A program made the position numbers and the translations under genes. This document shows positions 18,896 through 31,243 of a stretch of 64,000 nucleotides of DNA, one piece after another; within the stretch, counting starts at the first letter, position 1; each line of letters begins with the position of its first letter. Source of the stretch: Synechococcus sp. (GTDB taxonomy: Bacteria; Cyanobacteriota; Cyanobacteriia; PCC-6307; Cyanobiaceae); contig JBJBEO010000001.1 in assembly GCA_047284725.1 (NCBI GenBank), positions 416,001-480,000 of the forward strand, read 5' to 3'. The notes under the pieces were generated by a model. The model saw only the letters and a list, made by a program, of their open reading frames with translations. It was not told where the DNA came from and did no database searches.

Positions 18896-19174
18896 TCAGC
18901 CATCGGCCTGGCCCTCCAGCAACGGCGACCAGTGCTGTTTTGCTGCACGGGAGCCAAGACGTGTCGCAGAGTTCTGCACACGCCTGGCCTGCATCGAAAG
19001 GGCGTTCAGGCGGTTGACCACCTGCTCCCATTTCCCCTGATCAATCAGCCCCTGCAGCTTCTCCAGATCTGTCGATGCCAGGGCTGCGATGTTCTCCGCG
19101 AGGGTTTTGACACTCATCGGGCCAGGGTTGCCGGTGAGCTTGATCGGCCCCGATGGAACTTCAGGCTTAGCCAT
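18896..19174 (-). CDS. Hypothetical protein
   Basis: AGGAGG upstream of ATG 19174; overlaps the preceding stop. Confidence 0.7.
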   Translation of the reverse strand: MAKPEVPSGPIKLTGNPGPMSVKTLAENIAALASTDLEKLQGLIDQGKWEQVVNRLNALSMQARRVQNSATRLGSRAAKQHWSPLLEGQADG

Positions 19175-19397
19175 GGGTGGCCTCCTTCTTGAGTCGGTTC
19201 TGAAGACGTTTGGCATCCCTCAGGTGCTGGTCACGGCTATCCGCAAACAGTTCCCTGGCGGATGGCGACAGGTGTGATTCCTGAAGCCTTTCCTGACAGT
19301 TGGCGGCCAAGCGCAGGGAAGCGGTGAGCTTCTCCTGCGTGGTCATTGCTGGCTGGCGGATCTTTCCATCAGCCGTGACGGTGGCGCGTTTAACCAT
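19167..19397 (-). CDS. Hypothetical protein
   Basis: GGAGG upstream; member of a coupled small-ORF string. Confidence 0.7.
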   Translation of the reverse strand: MVKRATVTADGKIRQPAMTTQEKLTASLRLAANCQERLQESHLSPSARELFADSRDQHLRDAKRLQNRLKKEATHG

Positions 19398-19554
19398 TGG
19401 CCTCCCCTTGGAAGTACAGGGTCAGGTCGGTCAGGATCAGCAGCTCCTCCAGGCGGCGTTGCGCCTCGGTGTAAGCCAGGCCACTGGCGACAACAGCTGG
19501 TGGGGTGATCTGCTGTTCCCCGGCACGGGGGCATCGGATCTCGTAGGTGCTCAT
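19390..19554 (-). CDS. Hypothetical protein, 54 aa
   Basis: Manual translation MSTYEIRCPRAGEQ...LYFQGEANG; ATGA coupling; not in ORF track. Confidence 0.6.
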   Translation of the reverse strand: MSTYEIRCPRAGEQQITPPAVVASGLAYTEAQRRLEELLILTDLTLYFQGEANG

Positions 19555-19757
19555 TTGCCTTCCTCCAGAGCGACGGCGGCATCCAGCAGCGCATTGGCCT
19601 GATCGAAATCACCGATGAGATCAGTGAGTCGTTGGCAGACCAGATCGAGGATGTCCTCGGTCACGGCGCCGACTGGATCACCCAGCACCAGGCAATGAGC
19701 CTTCAGCAAATGCCGAGCCGCTTCGATGTGGTGAGCGGGGAAAGTGTTGGCAGTCAT
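19551..19757 (-). CDS. Hypothetical protein
   Basis: MTANTFPAHH...; GGAGGT upstream; ATGA overlap with the xis-like gene. Confidence 0.65.
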   Translation of the reverse strand: MTANTFPAHHIEAARHLLKAHCLVLGDPVGAVTEDILDLVCQRLTDLIGDFDQANALLDAAVALEEGK

Positions 19758-19960
19758 GCGCCCACCTCCGCAGTCCAAGCCGCGCTGGTGCGTTCCTGAT
19801 GCCACTGCCATGGGGCTTGGACTGATGGAGTTGATCGCCGGTAGTGGCGGCCCTCGATCAGAAACTCATGCTTGAGGCGATAGTGCGACAGCGTCCTGGG
19901 GGAGATGCCCAAGGCACGCGCCATCGCTTGGGTCGAAACCCAAACTTCCTGTTCAGACAT
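19754..19960 (-). CDS. Excisionase-like HTH protein
   Basis: WVSTQAMARALGISPRTL...LIEGRHYRR; next to the integrase. Confidence 0.8.
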   Translation of the reverse strand: MSEQEVWVSTQAMARALGISPRTLSHYRLKHEFLIEGRHYRRSTPSVQAPWQWHQERTSAAWTAEVGA

Positions 19961-20209
19961 TGATTGATTGATTTGCGGGGTTGGAACCGCATTGCCCGGC
20001 TTTTGGCCTGGGGCGAGCAGGAGTCACGGACTCCAATTGCATGTGCTCGGCCAACAGTTCGACTCAGCTCCCGAAGGCGGTTGGGGCCACGGACCACCAA
20101 TCCCAGAAAACTGACCGAGTCGCTTATCAGCTGTCTCGAACTTATTCACCGCTGGCGTATGTGCAACCCTGCCAGCAGTTTTTGACGCTAGGGATAGTGT
20201 CAAACCAAT

Positions 20210-20262
20210 AAAAAGCCCCCTGGCCGGGGCCCTCATTGGGGGCCCTGACAACCAGGGGTGTG
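20210..20262 (-). terminator. Terminator after the integrase
   Basis: Minus strand CCCCTGGTTG...GGGCCC-loop-GGGCCC...CGGCCAGGGG followed by a T tract. Confidence 0.7.
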
Positions 20263-20269
20263 CGATGGA

Positions 20270-21457
20270 TCAGACGTGCTCAAGCACGTCCGCCGCTTTG
20301 CACCACTCGTAGGAATCGATGTGGGTATTCAATGAATGCCCCATCGCCACACTCATGGGCTCGGGCCGACGTCCAGCGCGGTGACCGCGAAGCGAATATG
20401 CGTTGCGGAATGAATAGCCTTTCAGCCACTCCCCGCAATCGTCGTACTGCTTCTTGAGTTCAACCCAAACTGGCTGACGGTCAAGAAAGGTACGCAGGGC
20501 GTACTTATTCCCGACCATGTCAGGCAGAGACAGCTGACCAATCGCCATGGCTCCGACTAAGTTCCAGTCCACCTGAGCGCCGGATGCGTCAGTTAGAGGC
20601 AGAGGCATCAACCAACGAGGCTTCGTCTGACCCTTCTTATTGACCTTCACACGAGGGCAATAGAGGGCAGGCTCACCAGTGTTGGGATGCTCTCGAACCA
20701 CCACGCTGTTGACCTCGACCGGACGGAGTCCATAGAGAGCCATGAGCGCGATGGCGTTCCACCAACGACTGCCAGCTGCACTCTCGGGGAGCGAATCAAG
20801 CAATCGGAGGATCTCGACATCTGAGGGGCATGCAACCTCGCGACGCTTAGAGGCAGGACCTCGAAGCTGTTTGGCGGCACGGTCAGTCAGTGTCCAGCTT
20901 GCGGCTGGCAGGTGGTGATCTTCGACGCAGAAGTCGAGGAACTTGCGCAAAGACTCAACAGCCTTTTTGCGTTCGCCCGGCTTATCCGCCCAAGTCTTCA
21001 CCACAGCACCGACCAACCCCTTTGCATTCACAGGAGCATTTGCTCCGGCGAGCAGCTCAAGAGCGCGATCTAGGTACGGCTTGTAGCCGCGTTCCCAGGT
21101 CACGTCCTTGATCTGGCTCAGGGCCATCAGATCGTCGTGGAACTTCTCCAGCAGAGTTGGCCACTGAGTCGCAGAGCTGGGCTGTGTCGCAGGGACAGAA
21201 CCGAACTCACGATCCAGTGCATCGGCCAGATCAACACCGGCATCCACGGAATCGTGAAGGCGGGTGATCAGCGCGACGGCGTCAACAACCGTGTCACCTG
21301 CCCAGGCAAGGGGGAGAGTCTTGGAGACGCCGTTGGCACCACCAGCACCAGAGCGAACGCTCAGGCGGATGGAACCACGGGACTCCTTGACCGACCAACC
21401 CTTGGGGCAAGCGGCACGGAGGCGAGCAACCCACTTAGGTGATTTGGACTGAGACAT
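20270..21457 (-). CDS. Tyrosine integrase
   Basis: YGLRPVE (Arg), YSFRN, MGHS...HIDSY (His, Tyr); adjacent to att and the tRNA. Confidence 0.92.
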   Translation of the reverse strand: MSQSKSPKWVARLRAACPKGWSVKESRGSIRLSVRSGAGGANGVSKTLPLAWAGDTVVDAVALITRLHDSVDAGVDLADALDREFGSVPATQPSSATQWPTLLEKFHDDLMALSQIKDVTWERGYKPYLDRALELLAGANAPVNAKGLVGAVVKTWADKPGERKKAVESLRKFLDFCVEDHHLPAASWTLTDRAAKQLRGPASKRREVACPSDVEILRLLDSLPESAAGSRWWNAIALMALYGLRPVEVNSVVVREHPNTGEPALYCPRVKVNKKGQTKPRWLMPLPLTDASGAQVDWNLVGAMAIGQLSLPDMVGNKYALRTFLDRQPVWVELKKQYDDCGEWLKGYSFRNAYSLRGHRAGRRPEPMSVAMGHSLNTHIDSYEWCKAADVLEHV

Positions 21458-21773
21458 AGAACAGGGCCAGAGCGAATCTGGTCGTGTTGTCTCCACTGCG
21501 TGGGAGACAGTCACGCGCCGTTTTGAAGCCACGGACGCGGGCGCTGTTCCATGGCCCTGCCCACACCACTCAAGTGCTGCTGGAGAACCACGCCGGCAAT
21601 TTCACGCGCCACCGGGGGCGAGGTTGCCTAGCTCTCGGGAGGCAACTTCCGCCAGGCAACTCCCTGGTGAAGACGGTCCCTCGAGGCGACACCCGAGGTA
21701 TGCCCCCCGTGTTGTTCACCGAGTCGGGGAACTCGGGAGAGGGCCACGCCCCCTCGACAAATTCAATGTGACA

Positions 21774-21899
21774 CAAAAGTGGGCACGTACAAGCGTGGGT
21801 CATCAATTCTCATCAGAAACTCATCTGACGCCGCTAGCTCGTCAGAGTGGGCACGAAGTGGGCGCGCAGCGGTTTCAGGGGGTGGGCACGCTGTGCCCA
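21774..21899. repeat. Cluster of GTGGGCAC motifs (candidate arm sites)
   Basis: Copies at 21774-21787, 21846-21855, 21856-21866 (variant), 21882-21890 and inverted 21893-21899. Confidence 0.75.
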
Positions 21900-21925
21900 T
21901 TTCCCTCGGATCCCTTGCAATGACT

Positions 21926-21969
21926 AAAGCCGATGACCTGACTTGAACAGGCGACCCACGCTTTACGAA
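21926..21969. repeat. att core overlapping the tRNA 3' half
   Basis: Identical to 5197-5240. Confidence 0.97.
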
Positions 21970-22000
21970 AGCGTTGCTCTACCAGCTGAGCTACATCGGC
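21928..22000 (-). tRNA. tRNA-Thr(CGT)
   Basis: GCCGATGTAGCTCAGCTGGTAGAGCAACGCTTTCGTAAAGCGTGGGTCGCCTGTTCAAGTCAGGTCATCGGCT folds as a cloverleaf; anticodon loop TTCGTAA. Confidence 0.97.
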
Positions 22001-22041
22001 ATCGAAAGGAACTTAACATTCGGCATTGCGATACCAAGCGA

Positions 22042-22299
22042 TTGAACGGTCAGAACGCAAGGAGTCAGTTGGATCCGGACCTGAAAAAAAGGTTGCTGCA
22101 GGAGTCACGCACTCCCTGGAGGGGGCTGCGGAGACTGGTCTGGTTGGCTCTGTTCGCTTCCGGAGGTCTCGGACTCTTCGTGATGAGCTTTCGGCTCAGT
22201 GCGGGAGAGACTGTCGTTGGCTCCGATCTCCTGATTCAAGCTGGCGCTGTCATCCTCTTCGGAGCTCTGTTGTGGTTTGACCGTTCCAGAGAGGGTTGA
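22042..22299 (+). CDS. DUF3493-like small membrane protein
   Basis: LKKRLLQESRTPWRGLRR followed by two TM helices; TTG start uncertain. Confidence 0.75.
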   Translation: MNGQNARSQLDPDLKKRLLQESRTPWRGLRRLVWLALFASGGLGLFVMSFRLSAGETVVGSDLLIQAGAVILFGALLWFDRSREG

Positions 22300-23118
22300 A
22301 GCCGTCGGATCGGCGGTTGTCCTACTCTCCTCCTGATCGGATGCTGGCGTGAAGTCAGCATCAGCACGATCGCTGGGCGATGGCTCAGGCTCTGATTCGT
22401 TCGCCACCACGGGGGGGGCTTGGGTGCCGATCTCCGATGCTTGGGAGGGTGTCTTCTGCAGAGCGGGATCGCTGGCCACTGACGGAGTCGCGACCGCGCT
22501 TGCTGGGTCGCCTGGTGATGGCGTTCTTGTTGCCCAATCAAGTGGTGGCAGCTGAATCACGCCAAGGCCAATCGAAAGGCATGCCTCTCGCCAGTCACTC
22601 TCCGATGCCGCTGAGTCTGCAGCCGTTGCATCGTCTCGTCGGATCAGCAGCCAGAAACACTGCACGAGCTGATGCCACTGCCAGAGCAGTAGGGCCAGGA
22701 GTGGGGTCGCGAGCAAAAGGCTGCCAAGACGGCTGCCGTTGCTGAATGGCGACAGGTCAGCCACGAGCAGAGCGGAGGTATCAATCCACCACAACACCAT
22801 CAGAAGGGGAACCACCCCTGCTGCGGCGATGAGCTTCACTGGCAACGTCTGAAGATCACGGCTCAGCTGCTGCTGAGATCGGTCTCGACCCTGGAGGGGT
22901 AAGCGCACCAGGAGCAAGGACCCCCAGTCGGGTGGGCGTTTCCAGAACAACACGGCAGGAGCCAAGGCTCCGATCGCCCAGGCAAGGATCCGTTCCAACC
23001 CTGGAAGAGAGCCAAGATCGGATCCAGCGAGCACCAGACGCAGCAAAAGCAACTCCAGCGGAATGGCTCCGATGGCGAGGAACTGAAGCCACAGCAGGGG
23101 CTCGCGGCGAGAACTCAC
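22105..23118 (-). CDS. Cyanobacterial membrane protein with low-complexity tail
   Basis: REPLLWLQ N-terminus, four TM helices, acidic tail; directly after infB. Confidence 0.75.
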   Translation of the reverse strand: MSSRREPLLWLQFLAIGAIPLELLLLRLVLAGSDLGSLPGLERILAWAIGALAPAVLFWKRPPDWGSLLLVRLPLQGRDRSQQQLSRDLQTLPVKLIAAAGVVPLLMVLWWIDTSALLVADLSPFSNGSRLGSLLLATPLLALLLWQWHQLVQCFWLLIRRDDATAADSAASESDWREACLSIGLGVIQLPPLDWATRTPSPGDPASAVATPSVASDPALQKTPSQASEIGTQAPPVVANESEPEPSPSDRADADFTPASDQEESRTTADPTASTLSGTVKPQQSSEEDDSASLNQEIGANDSLSRTEPKAHHEESETSGSEQSQPDQSPQPPPGSA

Positions 23119-23144
23119 GGTGATCTGGGCAGAGGGCGAAGCGG

Positions 23145-26100
23145 TCAGGTGCTGAGCTTGCGACGTTGGGTCACCATCTTGAAGCCTTCAATCCGATCAC
23201 CTTCCTGCCAGTTGGCAAAACGATCGCAGCCGATGCCGCACTCGAAACCAGTGGCAATTTCCTTGACGTCGTCTTTGTTGCGACGCAGAGAGTCGAGATC
23301 GCCTTCGAACACCACTTCCTTGCCGCGACGCACGCGCACCTTGCAGTTGCGTTGCAGCTTGCCGTTGGTGATGTAACAACCGGCCACAGCACTCTTGCCG
23401 ATGGTAAAGACGGCACGCACTTCGGCCTCTCCCAGGGCTTCTTCCACCAGCTCTGGTTCCAACAGGCCTTCCATTGCCAGTTGAATGTCTTCCAGCAGTT
23501 TGTAGATCACGTCGTAATCGCGCACATCTACGCCTGTTGCATCAGCAGCGCGCTTGGCGCCAGACGCCATGGACGTGTTGAAGCCAACGATCACCGCACC
23601 GGATGCGGCGGCCAGATCCACGTCGGTTTCGGTGATTTCCCCTGGTGCTGAGAGCAGGACTCGCACCTGTACTTCATCTTTGGGAAGCTGCTCCAGTGAT
23701 CCGAGAATTGCTTCAACACTTCCCTGCACGTCGGCTTTGAGGATGAGGTTGAGCTCCTTGAGTTCCCCATCGCTGGCCTGACCGGACATGGCGGTGAGGG
23801 ACACCCGTCGGGAGGCCATTTGTTGTGCCAGTCGCGTGGCACGGGCGTCGGAGGCGCGATCGCCAACCACAGCGCGGGCTGACTTTTCGTCGGGGTACAC
23901 CTCAAACTCATCGCCCGCCGTCGGCACTTCGCTGAAGCCCAGCGCTTCCACGGCGAAGGAAGGACCGGCTGCCTTCATGCGCTTGCCGGCATCGTCGACC
24001 ATGGCCCGAACCTTGCCGAGAACGGGGCCTGCAGCCAGAACATCACCGGTCTTCAGGGTGCCGTTCTGCACCAGCAGGGTTGCAACGGGACCCTTGGCCT
24101 TGTCGAGGTGGGCTTCGATCACGGTGCCTCGAGCCAGGCGATCAGGGTTCGCCTGCAGGTCTTCCACTTCGGTGACCAGCAGGATCATCTCCAGCAGTTT
24201 GTCGATGTTCTCGCCTTTGATGGCGCTCACGGGCACCATCACCACATCACCACCCCATTCCTCCGCAAGCAGGTTCTGCTCGGATAGCTCCTGCTTGACC
24301 CGGTCGGGGGAGGCGCCTTCCTTATCGCACTTGTTGATGGCGACAACGATGGGCACTTCAGCGGCGCGGGCGTGGCTGATGGCTTCCAGCGTCTGAGGGC
24401 GAACACCGTCATCTGCCGCCACCACAAGCACGGCCACGTCGGTGACCTTGGTGCCGCGGGCGCGCATGGCGGTGAACGCTTCGTGACCGGGGGTGTCGAG
24501 GAAGGTGATCTTGCGCGGTTCCTTGTTGTGCTCGATCTCGACCTGATAGGCACCGATGTGCTGCGTGATTCCGCCGGCTTCGCCAGCAGCCACACGAGCC
24601 TTGCGGATCGCATCGAGCAAGCTGGTTTTGCCGTGGTCGACATGGCCCATCACGGTGACCACGGGTGGACGGCGAATCAAATGTTCGAGGTCTTTCTCCT
24701 CGATCATTTCGACAGTCTTCTTCGCTGCCTCTTCCACGTCGTCCTGCAGCACAGGGACCCCGAATTCATCGGCCACCGCTTCGATGGTGGGCATGTCCAA
24801 CGTCTGGGTGACCGTGGCGATGATCCCTTTGAAGAAGAGGGATTTGATGATCTCGGAGCTTTCCACGCTGAGCATGTCAGCGAGTTCCTGCACCGTGAGG
24901 TTGTCCTCCGGTACCACGATCATCTCGGGCCGCACCTGCTTGGCCTCGCGGGCAGCGCGCAGTTCCATTGCCCGACGACGCTGACGCTGGCGAGTGGTCT
25001 CCTTGCGTCGCTTGCGCAAGGCGGCAACCGGTTTCGGCGTGGTGCGTTGCTGTGATTTGGGCTTCGCCGGGCGAGCCAGGCTCGCCGACAGCACCATGGC
25101 CTGCTGTTCGCCGGCGAAGCCGCCGGTTTGTGCTGCCAACGCATCATCGTTTTCACCGATGATGTGAACCTTCTGGCGCTGCTTCTGAGGAGACCGGCTG
25201 CGCAGTGCTTCCAGCTTGGCGCTGTCGTCCCAATCGGGGCGGCCGGGGCGGCGTTGGCCGCCGGCTCCGGGAGCGGGGCGATAGCCAGGTCGACGGGGAG
25301 CGGTCGCCGGGGTCGGAGGTTGAGCAGGACGCGCCATCGGAGGCACGGCCTTGCGTCCGGAGGAATCCTCACTGCGGGGAGCAACGGGAGACCCGTCTGG
25401 ACGGCGCGGTGGCGGGGCACTGGGACGACCACTGGGCTTCTGCAGCTGCATGAGCTGTCCGGGTGCCACCGGCTTGCGCATCCCGCTCGGCATGCCGCCG
25501 GGACGGGTGGGTCCTGCGGGACGACCGCTGCTGTCACGGCCACCACCACTGGAACCATCACGGCGAATCGGCTTGCCGACGAGCTCCAGGGAGTTGCCAG
25601 CCGCAGGACGGCCTGCACCGGAGCGGCCGGTGTTGGGTCGACCGGCGCCGGGGCGTGTCGGGGCGCCTGGCCGCTGGGGCGCACCAGGGCGCTGGGGCAT
25701 GGCAGGGCGCTGGTTCTGGGCACCTGGCTGGGTGGGACGCGGGCTCACCCCAGGTCGCTGACCTCCTCCCGGTTTGGTGGGAGGGCCAGGGGGGCGCTTG
25801 GGCTGGGGGCGACCCACCAATTCAGGCTTGGAAGCTGGCCGCTGCGGTGCGGGAGCGCTGCGCTTCACCGGGGGTGGAGCCGATGGCCTCGGTGTGCCGC
25901 CGGATTTGGCCTGAACCGGGCGCGGGCTCGGGTTGAGCGGCTTGCCGGCTGCGGATCTGGCATTGGCTCCCGCGGGTCGAGCTGGTGGGGCTGTGGGTTT
26001 GGTGGAGGTGCTTGGCTTGGGTGCGGCACTGACGACCGTGGGCCGTGCTGGAGGGGCCTTGGCCGCCGTGGTGGGCTTGGAGGGCGTTGGTGCAGGGCGG

Positions 26101-26522
26101 CTGACAGGGGCACTGGGTGCTGCCTGGCGTGCGACCGGTTGTTTCGGAGCTGAGGGAGCTGCGGGTTTGGTGGCTTGGCTCGCCGCCGCAGGTCTGGTTG
26201 GAGCCGGCACAGGTGTGGCGGGTGCGGGCTTGGCCGGGGCCGATGCCACGGGTTTGGCTGGTGACTTCGGTGACGCCGCTGCCGGTGCATCAGCCTTCTT
26301 TACCGAAAGAATGGCTTTGCCGGCAGGGGATTTCGCAGGGGGTGCCGGCTGACTGCCTTTCCTGAGCAGGCCCCGGATTTTTCCTGCTTCCGCCTCACTG
26401 ATGGAGCTGCTGTGGCTTTTCGCCGCAATGGACAGCTTTTCAGCGGCGTCGAGCACGTCCTTGTTGTCCAGACCTAGGTCCTTCGACAACTCATAAATTC
26501 TGACTTTGCCGCTGCTGGTCAT
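23145..26522 (-). CDS. infB: Translation initiation factor IF-2
   Basis: [20 protein letters not shown]; Pro-rich N-terminal region. Confidence 0.99.
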   Translation of the reverse strand: MTSSGKVRIYELSKDLGLDNKDVLDAAEKLSIAAKSHSSSISEAEAGKIRGLLRKGSQPAPPAKSPAGKAILSVKKADAPAAASPKSPAKPVASAPAKPAPATPVPAPTRPAAASQATKPAAPSAPKQPVARQAAPSAPVSRPAPTPSKPTTAAKAPPARPTVVSAAPKPSTSTKPTAPPARPAGANARSAAGKPLNPSPRPVQAKSGGTPRPSAPPPVKRSAPAPQRPASKPELVGRPQPKRPPGPPTKPGGGQRPGVSPRPTQPGAQNQRPAMPQRPGAPQRPGAPTRPGAGRPNTGRSGAGRPAAGNSLELVGKPIRRDGSSGGGRDSSGRPAGPTRPGGMPSGMRKPVAPGQLMQLQKPSGRPSAPPPRRPDGSPVAPRSEDSSGRKAVPPMARPAQPPTPATAPRRPGYRPAPGAGGQRRPGRPDWDDSAKLEALRSRSPQKQRQKVHIIGENDDALAAQTGGFAGEQQAMVLSASLARPAKPKSQQRTTPKPVAALRKRRKETTRQRQRRRAMELRAAREAKQVRPEMIVVPEDNLTVQELADMLSVESSEIIKSLFFKGIIATVTQTLDMPTIEAVADEFGVPVLQDDVEEAAKKTVEMIEEKDLEHLIRRPPVVTVMGHVDHGKTSLLDAIRKARVAAGEAGGITQHIGAYQVEIEHNKEPRKITFLDTPGHEAFTAMRARGTKVTDVAVLVVAADDGVRPQTLEAISHARAAEVPIVVAINKCDKEGASPDRVKQELSEQNLLAEEWGGDVVMVPVSAIKGENIDKLLEMILLVTEVEDLQANPDRLARGTVIEAHLDKAKGPVATLLVQNGTLKTGDVLAAGPVLGKVRAMVDDAGKRMKAAGPSFAVEALGFSEVPTAGDEFEVYPDEKSARAVVGDRASDARATRLAQQMASRRVSLTAMSGQASDGELKELNLILKADVQGSVEAILGSLEQLPKDEVQVRVLLSAPGEITETDVDLAAASGAVIVGFNTSMASGAKRAADATGVDVRDYDVIYKLLEDIQLAMEGLLEPELVEEALGEAEVRAVFTIGKSAVAGCYITNGKLQRNCKVRVRRGKEVVFEGDLDSLRRNKDDVKEIATGFECGIGCDRFANWQEGDRIEGFKMVTQRRKLST

Positions 26523-26611
26523 TCAGGTCTCCGATCGGTCCGGGCACGGGGTGCCTGGGGCTCTAGACAAGCGAGAGCCAATGTTCATCTTGCCTCAGCG
26601 GCCGTTGCTCT

Positions 26612-26866
26612 TCAAAGAGAGAGCCGCTCCTGCAACGCCTCCACAACGCTGTCGGGCACCTGACAGCGCAGGGCCTTGTTCAGTCGTTTGCGACGGCGTG
26701 CCTCATCTAGGCAGGCCTCCGTCGGGCAGAGATAGGCCGAACGGCCCATCCCCCGATCAAGGAGGACCCCATCCTTATGGTCGCGAATCACGCGCCAGAG
26801 CAGGCTGCGATCCAGCAACTGCCGACAGGCTACGCAGCGACGCAGGACAGGGCGTGAGTCGTTCAC
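26612..26866 (-). CDS. ylxR: YlxR/DUF448 RNA-binding protein
   Basis: RRCVACR...GRSAYLCP; lies between nusA and infB. Confidence 0.9.
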   Translation of the reverse strand: MNDSRPVLRRCVACRQLLDRSLLWRVIRDHKDGVLLDRGMGRSAYLCPTEACLDEARRRKRLNKALRCQVPDSVVEALQERLSL

Positions 26867-28335
26867 CGGGTTCCGTCCTCGTCGTTCTCGATCACGGATT
26901 CGCCGTCGCCTCCAGTCTCGTCGGTGGACTCGGCCACGTCGTGCTCGAACTCAGTCGCGTCGTTGTCTTCGCCAGCAGTCGATGCCATGTCTGACTCAGC
27001 GCTTTGCTCTTGCTCCTTGTCTTCGAGTCCGTAGTCCTCTTCGTCTTCGGGCAGTGGGTAGAGCTCGCGCAGGCGTGCATCTTCCTCAGCGCGGGCAGCT
27101 TGCTCAGCGGCAAGGCGCTCTTCAGCTTCCCGTTGCAGGGCTTCCTCTTCTTCACGCTGAGCGATCAGTTCAGCCACCACGGAGTCTTCCGTGGCCTGGT
27201 CGTATTCCTGGGAGTTCTTGATGTCGATCTTCCAGCCTGTGAGGCGTGCAGCGAGCCGCACGTTCTGACCTTCCCGTCCAATCGCCAGGCTCAGTTGATC
27301 GGGGGGAACCAAGACGTGGGCGTGCTGCCCAACGGGATCCACCAATCGCACCATTTCCACCCGTGCCGGGCTGAGGGAATTGGCGATGTACTGACCAGGA
27401 TCTTGGGACCAACGGATCACATCAATTTTTTCGCCACGCAGCTCGTTCACGACCTGTTGAATGCGTGAGCCTCGGGCGCCGATACATGCACCGACAGGAT
27501 CCACTTCCCGTTCAATACTGTCGACTGCGACCTTGGTGCGAGGGCCGACGGAACGGGAGGGTGGGTTGGCTTCACGAGCCACCGCAACGATTCGGACAGA
27601 GCCCTCCTGGATCTCAGGAACTTCGTTCTCAAACAGATAAACAACAAGACCTGCGTTGGCGCGGCTCACAAACAGCTGTGGGCCGCGGCGAGGCACTTCG
27701 CTCACCTCCTTGAGGAACACTTTGAAGGTGGCATTGGCGCGGTAGTTGTCATTGGGCAGCTGGTCGCGCCGAGGCAGTTCCGCTTCCACTTCGGGTCGAC
27801 CCAGCCCCGAACTCACTGCCATGATCACCGACTGACGTTCGAAACGAATCACACGTGCAGTCAGCACGGGGTCTTCGAGGTCGGCGAACTCCTCCTGAAT
27901 CATGCGCCGCTGCTGATCGCGCAATTTCTGGGCCAGCACCTGCTTGGTGGTGGCTGCAGCCATGCGACCGAACTCTTCCTTCTCAGGGGTGACATCCAGC
28001 ACGACCGTGTCGCCCACCTGGGCGTCATCGGCCACCTGCATCACCTCGGCCAAGGCGATCTGGTGATCATCGCTTTCCACTTCCTCAACGATGATCTTGC
28101 TGGCTAGAACCCTGTACCCCTCTTCATCAAGATCGAGGCCTACGTCAAAATTGCTGAAATAGTCTTCGTCGAAGGGATCCTCATTGATTCCCAGATAAAG
28201 CGTGCGTCGATAGCGCTCATAGCCCTTCAGCAACGCCTCGCGCAGAGCAGCTTCAACAACCTGAGGAGGCAGCTTCTTCTCTTCGCTGATGTCGTCGATC
28301 AGGTTGGTGAGGCCGGGGAGGAGAACGAGTGCCAT
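26863..28335 (-). CDS. nusA: Transcription elongation factor NusA
   Basis: DPVGACIGARGSRI, AIGREGQNVRLAARLTGWKIDI. Confidence 0.99.
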   Translation of the reverse strand: MALVLLPGLTNLIDDISEEKKLPPQVVEAALREALLKGYERYRRTLYLGINEDPFDEDYFSNFDVGLDLDEEGYRVLASKIIVEEVESDDHQIALAEVMQVADDAQVGDTVVLDVTPEKEEFGRMAAATTKQVLAQKLRDQQRRMIQEEFADLEDPVLTARVIRFERQSVIMAVSSGLGRPEVEAELPRRDQLPNDNYRANATFKVFLKEVSEVPRRGPQLFVSRANAGLVVYLFENEVPEIQEGSVRIVAVAREANPPSRSVGPRTKVAVDSIEREVDPVGACIGARGSRIQQVVNELRGEKIDVIRWSQDPGQYIANSLSPARVEMVRLVDPVGQHAHVLVPPDQLSLAIGREGQNVRLAARLTGWKIDIKNSQEYDQATEDSVVAELIAQREEEEALQREAEERLAAEQAARAEEDARLRELYPLPEDEEDYGLEDKEQEQSAESDMASTAGEDNDATEFEHDVAESTDETGGDGESVIENDEDGTR

Positions 28336-28405
28336 TGAAGGCTGAAGTCGGTGATGGGTTGGGGGAGTCGGGGCGGAGTCAGCCCCGAGGGATGGTGTGG
28401 ATCAA

Positions 28406-28873
28406 CTAGCTGGTCGGGCTGGTCAAGCGAACACGGCGGATTGTGGCGCGAACAACGCGCTTGACCCGCCCCTTGATGTTGATCTCGAGGTGGTCAGCAG
28501 TGCGTTCAAGCAGAGACCCTGCCAGGGTTTGCTCATTGCCTTGATCATCGTCGAAATCGACCTCAACAGGAAATCCCCTGAAGGTCTGGAAATCACGATC
28601 ATTTTGAAGCAGATCGCCAATCCCAGGGCTGCTGATTTCGAGCACATAGGCTTCATTCAGCAATGTCGACGCTTCGATCGCATCGCCGATTGGTCCGCTG
28701 AGGCCGGCGCAATCGTCGAGGCTGACATCTTCGCCACCCACACGCCGAATCTGGATCTGCACCGTCATCGGGCGCAGATGTGTCAGCAGCTGGAGATCTG
28801 CCACCTCGAATCCATGCTCCGTAGCCGTTTGGGCGGCCACTGAGGTGAGATCGGGCAGAAGGGGGTGGGGCAA
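28406..28873 (-). CDS. rimP: Ribosome maturation factor RimP
   Basis: SLDDCA, YVLEISSPG. Confidence 0.95.
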   Translation of the reverse strand: MPHPLLPDLTSVAAQTATEHGFEVADLQLLTHLRPMTVQIQIRRVGGEDVSLDDCAGLSGPIGDAIEASTLLNEAYVLEISSPGIGDLLQNDRDFQTFRGFPVEVDFDDDQGNEQTLAGSLLERTADHLEINIKGRVKRVVRATIRRVRLTSPTS

Positions 28874-29002
28874 CGAGTGAGAGGAGTGTCGGGCTCTGGC
28901 CCGACGGCTGATACTGAGATCACCCTCCCGGTGAGAGGAACTCGCCAGGCCTTTCTCAATGTAGTGGATCGTGCGGAAGCCCCCAGAGTGAAGTCTCCGT
29001 GA

Positions 29003-31201
<2,199 letters not shown>

Positions 31202-31243
31202 ACACTCTTGCTACCGTCTCGCGAGCCTTTGGCACACGAGACG

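Larger units (their letters stand above)
5197..21969. mobile_element. Integrated satellite/PICI-like element of about 16.7 kb at tRNA-Thr(CGT)
   Basis: 44-bp direct repeats, integrase beside the tRNA, replication and terminase genes, no recognisable virion genes. Confidence 0.92.

Noticed and set aside
5197..21969. Complete prophage, ICE or tycheposon
   Set aside because: No virion, lysis, relaxase or T4SS genes are recognisable, and the recombinase is tyrosine-type rather than serine-type
22105..22299. 195-bp antisense overlap of two convergent genes
   Set aside because: The overlapping part is a low-complexity tail and the arrangement resembles what I recall from other Synechococcus; no sign of novelty
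25200..26350. Repetitive GC-rich stretch
   Set aside because: Encodes the Pro/Ala/Gly-rich N-terminal region normal for cyanobacterial IF-2
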